Shown piece by piece: positions 23,990-37,557 of a stretch of DNA of 64,000 nucleotides; the stretch's first letter is position 1; every line of letters begins with the position of its first letter. The stretch is from Octopus sinensis. Taxonomy: Eukaryota. The translations under genes were made by a program, and so were the position numbers. The notes under the pieces were generated by a model that worked only from the letters and a program-made list of their open reading frames with translations, had not been told where the DNA came from and searched no databases. The stretch covers positions 44,206,001 through 44,270,000 of the forward strand of contig NC_043001.1 in the NCBI RefSeq assembly GCF_006345805.1, given 5' to 3'.

Positions 23990-25250
23990 ACCATGATAAA
24001 GCATTTCCTGTCTTTCTCAGTTCACGAACCATTGCTCTGTCGCCCATCCTAAGTCTAATGCAAGTCAGGTAGAACATAGTAGCTACAAAACTAGGATAGG
24101 CAATTTTTCCCAGAAACACTGTACATTGTCATCCTTGTACTTCACACGATTCCTTAAATTCGTCATATTTTGGCCCTTTCTTTCATGTATCCTTTTCGTA
24201 TTGCTTTCCTAAAGTATCAAAACTCAACAATTGGGAATATTTTTGCCCAGTAAAACCATATTATAATATCAAAACGTTGTTTTGTTATTGCTATATAGCT
24301 TGAGAACACGAGTTTCAACTACACTTGCACCTCACATTCATTAGCACTATACAGAAGTCTGACTATCGACTTACCTTTACCTTTGTTTATGCTCACGTGT
24401 CGTAATTTTTTTATTTTCCTTATGGGACAAAATAAGGTGTCACTTGATGTTGATTATCATTGCTTCAAGATTGTTAAGTTGCCTTAGTGCCTTACTCACG
24501 ACTCGGCTATGCTATCAGACAACCACTGTAATGGATGATTTGCATGCAACCAGAACATACTTCAGCCATACATTACCTCCGCATCGTTTTCAACCAGTAA
24601 TGTCAATCCAGTGCCACCATCTAATATTGGTCGAGATTGGAAGAACATCGAACATCGTCCTCAAGAGAATGTACAATCTAGTTGTCTCTAAGCTCAATTT
24701 TACGCGTTCCCTGATAGCTTCTTTTGTTCAGCTGCCTTCCATGCTGGTCATGCACATTGGATCCCTAATCCTGTAACCTCAGTCATACACTATTCATCCT
24801 ATTTTAATATGATGAATTTATTTGGCCACAATATCCATGTTAGTCTTTCTGCAGGCTACACTTTTGTTCTATACCTGTCCTAGTCAAACCTGTGTTTTCT
24901 TCATCGCGCCTATCATCTCTTTCATTTCCAGATTGGTCTCAGCAACCACAATTTTTCCCACTCTTCATTTCCAACCTGTCACTATATTAGCCAGGTTGCA
25001 CGAACAATAGAATCCATTAGATACCACAGCATAAAAAAGAAGCAGACTTTCTCTAATCCAAACTTCTCCAACACAGGTGTTAAAAGCAGCCGAAGCTACC
25101 ACTTTTGTAAAGCATAACAAGAGACTATGCCTCTTTTGCAGGAACTTACTAGTACACTTTTCCATTCTTTTCACTTTTGGTAATGATGTCATATTACTTG
25201 GAGTATCCATGAAAAAGTCATCAAAAGGTCATGTTATTAAGTCTACATCT
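23990..25250 (-). mobile_element. Highly degenerate RLE-type (HERO/NeSL/R4-like) non-LTR retrotransposon relic
   Basis: YILLRTMFDVLP..N.RWW..RCGG..LKYVLVACK (zinc-knuckle-like) followed by RFDIIIW..IVEF..KERAK (PD-D/ExK-like), with many stops. Confidence 0.5.
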
Positions 25251-25799
25251 TAAACTTCACTGCCAAGCCGTAGTTGTCAATGGTAATTAATCTCTTATTC
25301 AACTCTGCCTCAGTCTCAATACATTTCTTGGCATTGTTTAAGAACACTACGCAGATGCAGTCAAGGCTCTTAATTGCTTACTCCCTGATCTCGATATCAG
25401 CTCTCTCCCCGATTTCAAATTTCTTAACCCTGTGTTATGAACAAACCGGCATTTCTTGCTTCGATGTGCAATCAATATTGTCGAGAAAGTTCATTCAGTT
25501 ACATTAGGTGAGCTTTCTCTGTATCTCCACTTTGCAAACATTTCGGTTTCTTTGACTGTTATATACGAAAAGTGAAAGAAACTCGTGAATGATTGAGTGT
25601 AGGGAATTAATATTAAATGTTGCGATTGAGTTTTTCAAATTCTACCTGCTTTTTGAGTGCATATGGCGATATGTCACAAGTTAAATCAGTGGAAGAGACC
25701 AAAGAAAATTCACAAGAACTGTACGGAAACTTCCCATGTGGTGTAGTAGCTAGATTTATTTAGCAAAAAAAAAAATGACCATCTCGAAATACAACAACG

Positions 25800-25874
<75 letters not shown>

Positions 25875-25877
25875 GTG

Positions 25878-25941
<64 letters not shown>

Positions 25942-26018
25942 CACACACTTACATACATATATATATGTGTGTGTGTGTGTATACACACACACAAATATAT
26001 ATAAGGAGAGAGAGCGAA

Positions 26019-26053
<35 letters not shown>

Positions 26054-26796
26054 GAGAGAGAGAGAAAGAGAAAGAGAGAACACGAAATCAGTAGGGTACA
26101 AGAGGTGAATATTGATTTATTTAACCACGTAACGTCCATAGAGTTACAACTGTTTTAGACCCTCTTCATGTAATATTAATTTCAGTTTGTCAGAAAATAT
26201 GTATACATGTTTGCATAATTTCTTGTATTTTGAAATTAATGCAATATGACGAAGGTTGTGAACCGGCCATAACCCTATGGAAATCACGTAGTTAAATATA
26301 TATTTATCGCTCATATCACCTAACTTTATGTTTTTATATATATTTCACAGAATATTTTTTATCATTCTGATTTTCTGAATTTTTAGTTACATGGACACTT
26401 TACATTACGCTTCATTGTAATTGATTAGTAAGTGGACTGATAGCCAAGTCCGTTCGAGGAACTTACTGTGATTACCACACGATTCTCTGAATCCGTGCCT
26501 TATACTACTCATATGTGTGTATGCGTGTGTGGATGTGCGCGCGCACAAGTATATAAATACATGTGCATATATGTTTACACACATACACGCACACCCCACA
26601 CAGTGGTTTAAAATTTTGGCACGAAGCCAGCAATTTTGGTGAGAGGAGTAAATCGATTATATTGGTCGACCACGAAAGGATGAAAAGAAGAGACGGCGGA
26701 ATTATATACATATGAATTAAAAAGACTGAGATTTCGCTCGCATGAATAAACTCATTTTAAAAAATAGAATAAAAATGCTTTGAGAATTTTATCATG

Positions 26797-27440
26797 AAAC
26801 AAAGGAAGATATTTACTTCTTTATCAAAATATGCTACCGGTTTCAATCATTTTATAGCAGATTTAGTCATGCTGTAAAGAGAAAGAAAATATTTGAAATA
26901 AAATTAATTAATCCTCTCTCATATCAGCTCAGGAATTTCACATGCTTTTCTTAAAAATGTAAATATTTTCTTTCTTCTGTGTATGATAAATCTTTCAAAA
27001 CATTTTGTTTGTTTGTTTGTTTCTTTCTTTGTATTTTGTTCTTGTAAGGTGTGTGCGAGTATGTATATATGTGCATGTGTATGCATGTGTGTGTGTATGC
27101 GCAGCACATAAACAAAGGAAGATATTTACTTCTTTATCAAAATATGCTACCGGCTTCAATCATTTTATAGCAGATTTAGTCATGCTGTAAAGGGAAAGAA
27201 AATATTTGAAATAAAATTAATTAACCCTTTCTGATATCAGCTCAGGAAGTTCACATGTTTTTCTATAAAATGTAAATATTTTCTTTCTTCTGTGTATGAC
27301 AAAGTTTTCAAAGCATTTTGTTTCTTTGTTTGTTTCTTTCTTTGTATTTTGTTCTTGTAAGGTGTGTGTGAGTATGTATATATGTGCATATGTATACATG
27401 CATGTGTGTGTGTCTCTGTGTGTGTATGTGCAGCACATAA
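26797..27440. repeat. 313-bp tandem duplication of a MITE-like segment
   Basis: AAACAAAGGAAGATATTTACTTCTTTATC at 26797 and 27110; imperfect ~45-bp inverted ends inside the unit. Confidence 0.85.
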
Positions 27441-27499
27441 GAGATATATGTGTGTGTGTGCGTGATGTGTAGAAATACTGAGTTTATGCAAATAACACC

Positions 27500-27985
27500 A
27501 AAAGCTGCACTGCATCCAACACCACCACCGCTTTAGTCAGCATCATTATTACATCCCCCACCATCCACCACCAACGACATCAACACCATCAAAATTAATA
27601 CCAGCCCCACCGCCACCACAACTACAATATTACTGTCATACCATCACCACCACTTGCACTACCGCCCAAACTACCGCGTGTGCTTGAACCAGTAATATCA
27701 CAGCCATTGACTCTATCACTACCACCACTACCACGATTATTTTCATCACTACCATCATCATCACGGACATAGCTATATAACCATTACGATTGGAACAGAG
27801 AAACTGCAACTATTGTCAAACCACGCCGTCATCAATACCACTCCTAAAACCATCACCATAACACTAACACCGCAACAATTCTACAACATTTCCATCAACC
27901 AATTCTAGCCTCACCGACGCCATCGCCACCAATACTACCGCTACCACCACCATTTCCACCACTGCAGTATCGTCAATCACATCAA

Positions 27986-28051
<66 letters not shown>

Positions 28052-28700
28052 CAACGTAGTATCTCTGCAAAAGAGAACCACCGCCGCCATACCACCACCA
28101 CCACATCATTATCATCATCATCATCATCATCATCATCGTCAACGTTATCACCAACTATCACAACGCTATGACGATTACGAACCACTAACACCATTAATAC
28201 TCTCCTACCACACGACGACGATCACCCTAACCACCACCACCACCACCACCCCACCACCAACACCACCACCACCACCACCACCCCACCACCAACACCAACA
28301 CCCTCACCACCACCAGTGTCGCCACCACCACCATTACCACGAGCACTGCAACCATCTCCACCACCTTCACCACCACTACCACCGCGAACACTACCAGTAT
28401 CACCATCACCTTACACACCAAAACCACTGCTGCCATTAATACCACCACCCAACATTGCTTTTACTACCACCACCACCACCACTACCACCACCACCACCAC
28501 TACCACCACTACCACCACCACCACTACCACTACCACCACCACTACCACCACCACTACCACCACCACCACCACCACTACCACCATCGCCACCATCACCATC
28601 ACAACTAAGTCCAGTAAAAAAAAAGTGGAAAAAGAAAGAGGAGGGCTTGAGATAAATTATGATAGCAACAACAATGACAACAACCACAACAACATGTGAA
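27500..28700. repeat. Long imperfect (ACC/ACT/ATC)n low-complexity tract
   Basis: Directly visible. Confidence 0.9.
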
Positions 28701-29424
28701 TAAACAAGCTGACAGTTTGTTATGACTGGAGTGATGTACAGTTGTGGGGCAATGCCGGGGTGGCACGGTGATGCGGGGTGGCGCTGTGGTGTGGGCTGAT
28801 GTTAAATGGAGGAGAAATGTTTTATGGTTGACTGTAGTGATGTGTCATGGATATTATGGGAAACTAGTGTACATACACACACACACGAACGCGCGCTTGT
28901 GTGTGTATGTGTGTGTGTGTGTGTTCGTGTGAGAGTGAGAGAGAGAGAGTGTGTGTGTGTGTGATGTATGTGCGCACATGTGCGTGTGTGTGTATATACG
29001 CACACACACATACCTATATCTTAATCATTTATATAATATATATGTATGTATATAAATATATATACACACACAAACACACTAATGTCGAACAGTGAGAATG
29101 AATGCTTCCTCTCCGTATGAAACCAATGGTAGCCTTGTTACCCCACCAAAAGAGTATGTGTATATATATATACACGCACACATACAATATTTATATATGT
29201 GTGTGTGTGCGTGCGAGTATATATACTTGTGTGTGTGTGTGTGTATTATATGTATACATCGTGTATATTTGTATCATATATAAATATATCATATGTACGT
29301 ATACATACACATACCACACACAAAGATTTGAGCAAGCGTTATGAATACATGTGGGGCGAGGAGAGAGAAAGAGAGAAAGAAAGAGAAAGAGAGAGAGATG
29401 AGAGTGTGTGTGTGTGTGTGTGTG

Positions 29425-29455
<31 letters not shown>

Positions 29456-29899
29456 CGCGCGTATATGCGTGTGGAAAGTCTCGCCTTCCCCAACTGAATT
29501 GATGTATCATACATATCTAAACTATTTACCACCCACACCACCACCCCATCACTACAACCAACACCATCACCGCCATCACCAGCATCACTACCAACACCAA
29601 CACCACAACAATTATTTGCACCGCCATCACAGCTAAAGCTACCCTGCGGTATTTCCTTCCTGAGTTTAGCCCTCAGCTCGGTTGATACTGCATTTTATCA
29701 TTCTATGCCTGATTAAAAAAATGAACCTTTCACGTAGTCATGTTAATTTATTTTCAATTTTCTCTCCGCCAGAAATGGAGAATGCTTATTTCGCCTCAGT
29801 CATTTATTTCCGCCAGAACCTCTTGCCTTGCGCCAGTTTTCATCGGAGTACAGTGAAGTGTCTTCTCTTCATTTAGAAAGGGTCACGGACTAGGATGGC

Positions 29900-31250
29900 T
29901 CCGTGATACTTGATTCCATACAGATACATACATCGTCCCTGCAGCACTTTGTTCAACAGTTCGGAGTAAACGATAGGTTAGAGACGACTATGACTTTTAG
30001 CTCAACAGATTGCTGCGGCTGTCAGAAGAAAAGTCCAGTAACAACCAATAAACTCCCGAAGTTAATTGTTGTGCGAGAACAAATTGCCTGGTTTGGATGG
30101 TCTGCCTTGTGAGTTTTATGGTTATGTGTCTGGCAACATCTTGGCAAACGTCTCCACCTACTGGTAGCAAAACGGAAGAATTCCTAGTTCTGGAAACCTG
30201 AGTATGTTAAAGCTGCTGAAAAAAGGACATGTTAACGCTGCCAACAAAAGGGATATTATATATAATTTTCACCCTATAACCAAGCTAAATGCAGTAGTTA
30301 AGATTTTGATCAAGGTATTAGCAAAGGAGTTGGCGCTTGTCGTTGGTGGTTTGGTCAGGAACCACAAAGTGTGCGATCCCTGAAAGATCCATCGACGACA
30401 GCTTCGACCTCATGTGACAAATCTGGCACTGGTGGAGCCCAGATCAATTTGGATCAGTCAAAAGATTTCGATAGGGTTGACCATTTCTACTTGGCAGCAG
30501 TCCTGAAAACAGTCGGTTTTGGACCCGTTTTCAAAAGCTGGGTCGCAGCAATGTACAGAGGCTTTTGCACAGTGGTCAAAGTGGACGGATACTTCTTGGA
30601 ACCGTTTCCTATCGCATACTCGGTTCCTTAGGAATATCTTTTCTCATCTCTTCTACGTGTGCTGACTCTGGAGCCAATACTGCAAAAGCTAGAACTCTTG
30701 AGAAGCGTCCCTTTCGAGTTGAGATGCTGGGAAAGTTGTGTAGGTGTATATGGAAGATGACACTGTAATAATTCGAACACCAGGGAAGTGCAAGTCGTTG
30801 ATTCCATTCTAAAGGAAAACAAGGAGATGGCAGGAGCAAAAATTATTCCAGACAAGTCGGTGGGCTTGAGGTTTGGCACCTGGAGAGGTAAGTTTATGTC
30901 GTCGATAACACTAGAAGGCCGCTGAGGTTTAGTTTGGTCCTCCAGATGAACAGAAACTAGGACAAGATTACTAACAGGGTGACCTCAATCAGAAACGGGA
31001 TTGAGAAGATCGAACAGATATGATGAATACGTACATCGCCTCTATCATAGCTTATAACACAACCGTTATGTTTTGTTTCAGTCCCCGTTTACCTAGGATG
31101 GAGCGTCTGCGTTTCTGCTTCCTTTGGAAAGGACGCGTCCTGCTGGATAGACGCTCTATCTATTGCCAGCGCCCTCTAGGAAGCGAGCTCGCTGTGTCGT
31201 GTAGCAAAAATGGTCAGGGTAAATGGAAATACTCTAAGCATGTGCCTATA
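29900..31250 (+). mobile_element. Older, degenerate Tx1/L1-clade LINE fragment (RT region)
   Basis: INLDQSKDFDRVDH..LKTVGFGPVFKSWVAAMY motif; 30840-31200 resembles the 35.4-35.7 kb copy. Confidence 0.8.
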
Positions 31251-31439
31251 GATTGAAGTGATAAAATGGAGCAGTGGCTTGTGCACTTTGATAGTCAGGG
31301 TGGTCCTAGATCTGTGGGTTTCGTTGACTGGGTCTACTTGAAGGTTCTCCTGTATCAGTAGGACAGCGTCATACATGTCTTTAAATCTTTAAATCTTCAA
31401 ATTGTTTCAGCTTCAAAGCTGCTGTCATGCTGTGACACC

Positions 31440-32700
31440 ACTGTTGACTGTGCTAACCATTATTTGAAACCTCCTCTGATATGTGGAATTTTGGTGAATG
31501 GCGTGATGTAGGCTTATCTAGAACCCTTAAGAAGAAAAGATCCAGTTTTGTTTTGAATACACCTACATCCACACCATGCAGGTCTCTCGGGCATTTTGGA
31601 AGGATATTGGAGCTGTGGGCCCTTGAAACTCAAGCTGTTGCAGTATCTGGTCCTGTATTTTGATGGAGGCGCTGGCTCTTTGTCACTATGCAGTGGCGCT
31701 CCGTTCAGCTCTTTGTATAACTTTCAATGCCAAAGTTTGGTACAAGGCCTTCCAAGACTTTTCAGTTGTATATCACTGCATATCTTTCCCGCTTTCGTTC
31801 TAGGGAGAAGAGTTTTAATTCTTTCAGTCTTTCCCAGTAGCTGATACGTTGCATTGAGACGATTATCTTTGCATAGCTTCGAGTTCCGCTGTTAATTTCA
31901 TATTATGTGGTGACTATAGTTGGGAGCAGTAGTCAGGACTATGCAACCCCCACCGACCCATCATTATCTCATTTTCTCTTGTTTTGAAAGTTTAGATGAT
32001 CTATCCAGTTAGCCGTCTGCATTTTATTACCAAATTGGTAATATGCATTTGCAAAGATGCATCATTGCTCATGTCAATGCCCGGGTCGCGCACTGATTTT
32101 GATTCAGAGATTGCAATTCCTTCTGGACCAGTGTATTCCGTCTGTATGTCGTTCAGCTTTGAGTGCTGGTAGCGCAGGGCTTGAAATTTTCCTTGCAGAA
32201 GTGTAATATTTCCAGGATTCTGTATTGTCCGAGAGACTTTTGTGTTATCAACATAGCTAGCAAGGGTGGCTATCTGAGCAGCTGATGACATGTCTGAGAG
32301 GGCCAATATGAACAGGAGTGACCCTAAGACAGTGCCCTGTGGAACACCACTTGTTATTTGTGTTTCCTTGGCGGTGGCTCCATTGGCCACCGTTGCTTGA
32401 CGTCTATCTTTTAGAAAGTCGTGCGACTATTCTCCAAGTTTTCTGCCCATGACGAGATCACGCAGTTTGTGACATATCATACCATGGACTACTTTATCAA
32501 ACGCTTTTGTAAAGTCGAGATATATCACATCCACACGAGTCATTTAACAGCTGTTTTAACACCCACTCGTAGTGTTGCAAGAGCTGTGTTAGGCAGCTTC
32601 AACATAATCGAAATCCATGTTAGGTGTCAGTCAGTAAATCATTTTCTTCAAGAAACGCGATTAGTTTCTTGCGGACTATTCGTTCCATATTTTACATAAA
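31440..32700 (-). mobile_element. Degenerate CR1-clade LINE (RT and C-terminus)
   Basis: HGFR..SCLTQLL..VDVIYLDFTKAFDKV..SGVPQGTVLGSLLFI..YVDNTK and SLSFKGP..NILPK..FKTKLD, with stops. Confidence 0.85.
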
Positions 32701-32833
32701 CTTTTTTCACATATTTTGCATAAACTTTCTTTTATTTCATTCCCCTCCCCTATCCCCGTCTTCTAAGCCCCACACAAATAATAAACTGTCCTTGAACTGT
32801 TAACATCAGCTAATGCCCTTCTAGCAAATTAAG

Positions 32834-32851
32834 TCATCATCATCATCATCA

Positions 32852-32893
<42 letters not shown>

Positions 32894-32915
32894 TCTTCTT
32901 CTTCTTCTTCTTCTT

Positions 32916-32978
<63 letters not shown>

Positions 32979-33000
32979 TTATTATTATTATTATAATAAT
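32834..33000. repeat. Compound microsatellite (CAT)n(CTT)n(ATT)n
   Basis: Directly visible. Confidence 0.95.
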
Positions 33001-33215
33001 AAGGCAGTGAGCTGGCAGAATCGTTAGTACACCGGGCAAAATGCAAAGCGGCATTTCGTTCATTTTTACGTTCTGACTTCAAATTCTGCCGAGTTCAACT
33101 TTCCCTTTCTTCCTTTCGAGGCCGATAAAATATGTAGCAGTCAAGTACTGGGGTCAAAGTAATCAACTATACCCCCTATTCTCGAAAACTGCTAGCCTTG
33201 TGTCCAAATTTGAAG
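33001..33215 (+). mobile_element. SINE family B
   Basis: AAGGCAGTGAGCTGGCAGAATCGTTAG head directly after (ATT)n. Confidence 0.8.
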
Positions 33216-34157
33216 TCATTATTATGCCAAGGCTTCCCAATGTGTTACAAGGACACAAATTCATATATGGAAAAATGTGGTCGGTGGTATTCATGATTTT
33301 AGTTAAGCGCCAAGTGAGTTATTGCTACAGTTGAACGTTGGCTTCATTTTGGAATCAAACCAAGTTATGATGTAGTTCATGGCGATCCAAAAGAGTATCG
33401 TGTTTGGATTGTCAAATTCGGAATACACCGCTCTTATTTCGATCTGGTTTCGCTGGACCTTGAACTAAATTCACACATTCGGCAGGAACGGCTGTGGCAT
33501 CTTTAATTGCAAGATTCATATGGGAGGTTTTGAGTCGTACTCCACGCTGGCTCTGGGTAAGTTGACACAATCTTAGCACGAGACCACGGCCTTCCTCCAC
33601 TCTAATATTGTTAAAAGGGTTCGAGTGCAGTCCAAGGTGTCATCCAAACGTACCTCGCCGCAGGGATCTCATTTTACAGTTTCATTTTACGCATGTATTT
33701 ATTTAAAAGAATATATGTACTACATACATACATGAGTTGTAAAAATTATGAGGCAGATATACAAATAGAAAGTCTGGATATATATATATATATATATCGA
33801 TAGATAGACAGACAGACAGAAGACAGATAGATAAGTATGTATGTATTATGTATGTACGTATGTCATTATTCAGTTTTATTTCAAGATCTCTTGCCAATAG
33901 AGAAAGAGCCGGTTTTTAACCAAGATCAAAGGCTCCTTCATTGGAATTTCAACAACATCAAAAGGGTATTTTTGTATGTATGTATATGTGTAGATTTGTA
34001 TGTTTTGTGTTATGTATGTCTTCTCATGCATATACTTGCATATCTAGACATGCTCATATATACTTAAATGATAAACTTCCGGAAAGTTTGGTTGGTTGGT
34101 TGGTCGATAAGTGTTGGTATGAATTTATGAATGTAAGTAGGTGGATGAATAAGTAGA

Positions 34158-35675
34158 TATGTTTCCTTATTGGCCACACAGGGCTGAACACAGAGGGGAG
34201 AAAATATAAAGTAGAGCTTTTCTTTTTGGGAAGAAGAAGAGAAAAAAGTGGTTCGAATTTCGATCAAAAGGGATCGTGAGAAAAAAAAAAACGATCAATA
34301 GGGATCGTGTATCACATAAATGTCAATGTAAAAAGGGAAAACAGATTAGGTTTATTCGTGGAAAGAAAAGCCTACGTAAAAGACCACGGTAACCTTGGGC
34401 TATAATGTCACGCAAAAAGAAAATATTACAGAAAGTGACTCTCTTTTTACCTTTGTTTTTTTTTTTGGGTTCATAGGATTATGCTCAAGCTGGCTCCGTC
34501 ATTCACACGTGCCATCCTTGCAACATTCACCCATCTTCTTTTGAAACATTCACTAGACAAAATTTTCTTTCTACTCTCACCTTTCTCTTCAAGTGATACG
34601 TGAAAAAGTTGATGAGAGATTGACCAGAGAGGAAAGAGTTTGTCTCTAGACCTTTCAGACGCGTCAACCATACACATTCTTTCGCCATAGCCAGAAGTAC
34701 GATGAAAATGGCTCTTTCCTCCCGTTTCAAGGAAGGAGGCGCGACAATATTCACGATAGACTCGGTTGATAAACCGACTCGTCCCACACGCGATAGAAGT
34801 CGTTTGACATAGGCCCACAGGTCGAAAATGGTTGGACACTGTACGAGTGCATGCAGGACGGTTTCGTCGCTCTGACCGCATCTTGGGCAAGTCGGCCCCG
34901 TGTTTCTCGAGCCATGCCTGCAGAGCTTATCCCGAACGGGTAGCGCTTCTCGATAGCACTGCCAGGCCAGGGATCTCTGGAAGTTGTTCATAGGTCCCGG
35001 CCCGAAAGTCGTCTTGAACAGGCGAGTAAGGTATTCCTCGTCGACGCCCAGGTTCGCCTCGAGATCGTCGTCGTACTTCACCTCCACTAGTCCCCTATAG
35101 AATGCTTTGGTTGTGAAGTCGCTCAAGGTCGACCCGGGACGGCATAGTTGCTTGAGAGCAACGCGACACTCGCAGTGCCATTCGCCCTTCCTCGGCCTCT
35201 TTTTGATCCACGACTGCAGTTCGGTCATGGAGACGAGCTGCAGGAAAGCGCGCTTCACAAACGGTGACCACATCTGTTCACCTTCGTCTACGTAGAGCTG
35301 GAGATGTCGCAGTCTCAGTGCGTGTCTGCACATCATCAACCACGGTAGCAGACGGATCCCCTGATCATCGGAACGCATCCTTTCCACAAGAAGCGGAAGA
35401 GAATGCGTTCTAGTTTGGTGATGGTAGGGTCAGGTCAAGGCACGACGGTCAGGCGGTAGTAGATGACGGAAGCGATGTACGTGTTCGCCACCTCCACCCG
35501 ACCTTTTAGGGACAGCCTCCTCTCGGCCCATTGCCAGGCGAGAGTACCACCCTACTCGTTATCTCGTTCCAGTTCTTCTCCGTTTGGAGAACCGGACCAA
35601 ACCAGAACCCAGCAATTCGTCGGTCCAGCGTCCCACGACGGAGGCGCTGGTGGACGACATGGGCTTGCTTCTCCA
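34158..35675 (-). mobile_element. 5'-truncated Tx1/L1-clade LINE with 14-bp TSD
   Basis: TSD GATGAATAAGTAGA at 34144-34157 and 35676-35689. ORF2 C-terminus with a zf-RVT-like motif (AWQCYREALPVRDKL..CPRCGQSDETVLHALVQC) and LSLKGRVEVANTYIAS; frameshifted; no poly(A). Confidence 0.9.
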
Positions 35676-35685
35676 GATGAATAAG

Positions 35686-35785
<100 letters not shown>

Positions 35786-36199
35786 AAAGCAGTGGATGAG
35801 AGAGAAAGACAAAGCTAGACACCGAAGAAAACGACCGACCAACCGACAGACAGATAGACAGACATATTCTGAATACGGATAGAACCGGCGGATTATGAAA
35901 AAGAGAAAGCCCGAGGCGGAAATTGACACTGGGCGACAGACAGACCGGTAGGCAAGGAAACAGATAAACACGAAAACGAATGGGAAGGAAGGGGAGAGAA
36001 CTGAAAGAGGAGCGAGAGGCGAGATGGGCGGGGGAGAAAAGTTGGACATAATGAGCGATTACAAACAGACGAAACGCAAACGTAGTAAAGGGAACTTGTA
36101 TAATATTACCAATATTTATACTACATCATCAGTATTAACTTGATGGAGAAAGATAGCTAAGGTATCGCATAGCGCTGTAATTGCGTCTATACGTGTACG

Positions 36200-36427
36200 T
36201 GTGTGCGTCTGCGTATGTGTATACGTATATATATATATATGTATGTTGGTATGTGACAAAATATCCGATACGTGATACCTAATTATATATTTATGAATGC
36301 ACCCCCCCACACACACACACGGACGCAAACGAACGCACACTAGCACACATATGCATGTTGATGGTATGTGTGTTTAAATATGCTGTGTATATACGCATAC
36401 GCACACATGAGCAATATATACATATAT

Positions 36428-36475
<48 letters not shown>

Positions 36476-36565
36476 CATACAAATTTATGTGTGTATATAT
36501 ATATATATATGAACATACACAAACATATATATGTACGTATGTGTGTATGTATGTATGTATGTATG

Positions 36566-36611
<46 letters not shown>

Positions 36612-36631
36612 CGTACACCCACGCATATATA

Positions 36632-36678
<47 letters not shown>

Positions 36679-37160
36679 ATATAGATACATATGTATGTAC
36701 ATATGTGTGTGTGTGTGTGTATGTGTGTATGTGAGTGTGCGTGTGATAAATGTATTTCCTTTGGTGCAGCAGTCACATTATATATGCTACTGCACGACTG
36801 CATCATTTCAAGTGCATGCTAATGCACGTTTGACAACATCTATGGCAATACATCAACGTCAGTTCAGATTTACTTGCAATATTGTCCATGAATGCGTCAG
36901 GTTTTACATGTTCACCACTGTTTACTCATGTCTGCATATGCACGTATGTACACCATGCATAAACACATATACAATCGAAATGCGTGTGTGGTGTGTGTGT
37001 GTGTGCTTGAGTGCGTGTGTGAGTGTGAGTGTGTGTGTGTATATGTGTGCGTGAGTGACTGTGCGTGAGTGTTTGTGTGTGTACATATTACTCACAAGCA
37101 TATATATATGTGTATGGATATGAAAAATAATTTATACGCCTTCAAATAAATACATGTATA
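36200..37160. repeat. (AT)/(GT)/(ATGT) microsatellite complex
   Basis: Directly visible. Confidence 0.9.
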
Positions 37161-37374
37161 TATATATATATATAGCAAATAAGAAAATGGAGAAGAACAG
37201 TAGGTGGCTCATCAACTTTTGGACATTAAAATATTAACTTATTTATTTATTAAACTGATAATTATAATAACATACATACATATAGCATATTGTTTACATA
37301 TAAGATATAAGATATAAAATATAGTTATAAAGATACCAGTAATTATTATAAAAACATGAATATAAATTGGTAAA

Positions 37375-37503
37375 ATAACTTACAGCTGTTTCAGCCAATA
37401 GATAAAAATACCTCATTCTACCTATATTACTCAAGTGGATTAAGGTAATAGGTAGATGAACATGAGGTACTTGTATATATCTCTAGGCTTCGTCAGAGAT
37501 TAT
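37375..37503 (-). ncRNA. Type I hammerhead ribozyme motif (Penelope-like) with ~97-nt helix II
   Basis: CUGACGA (37496-37490), AGCC..GGCU helix II, GAAA (37392-37389), C-AGCU-G minimal helix III, GUA cleavage triplet, bulged helix I (ataa[t]ct/agttat). Confidence 0.6.
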
Positions 37504-37557
37504 AAAGAACAAATGTTAAGTTATAATAAATATGAATATAAAATAAACAAAATACAC

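Noticed and set aside
26080-26170. Degenerate hammerhead/PLE end (also at about 17715-17745)
   Set aside because: Several core positions are mutated; too decayed to call.
28316-28699. Pro/Thr-rich ORFs resembling mucin or extensin
   Set aside because: (ACC/ACT)n low-complexity DNA with no splice or homology support.
37408-37470. let-7-like TGAGGTA in a hairpin
   Set aside because: Only a 7-nt match; the rest does not resemble let-7, and the hairpin is helix II of the hammerhead motif.
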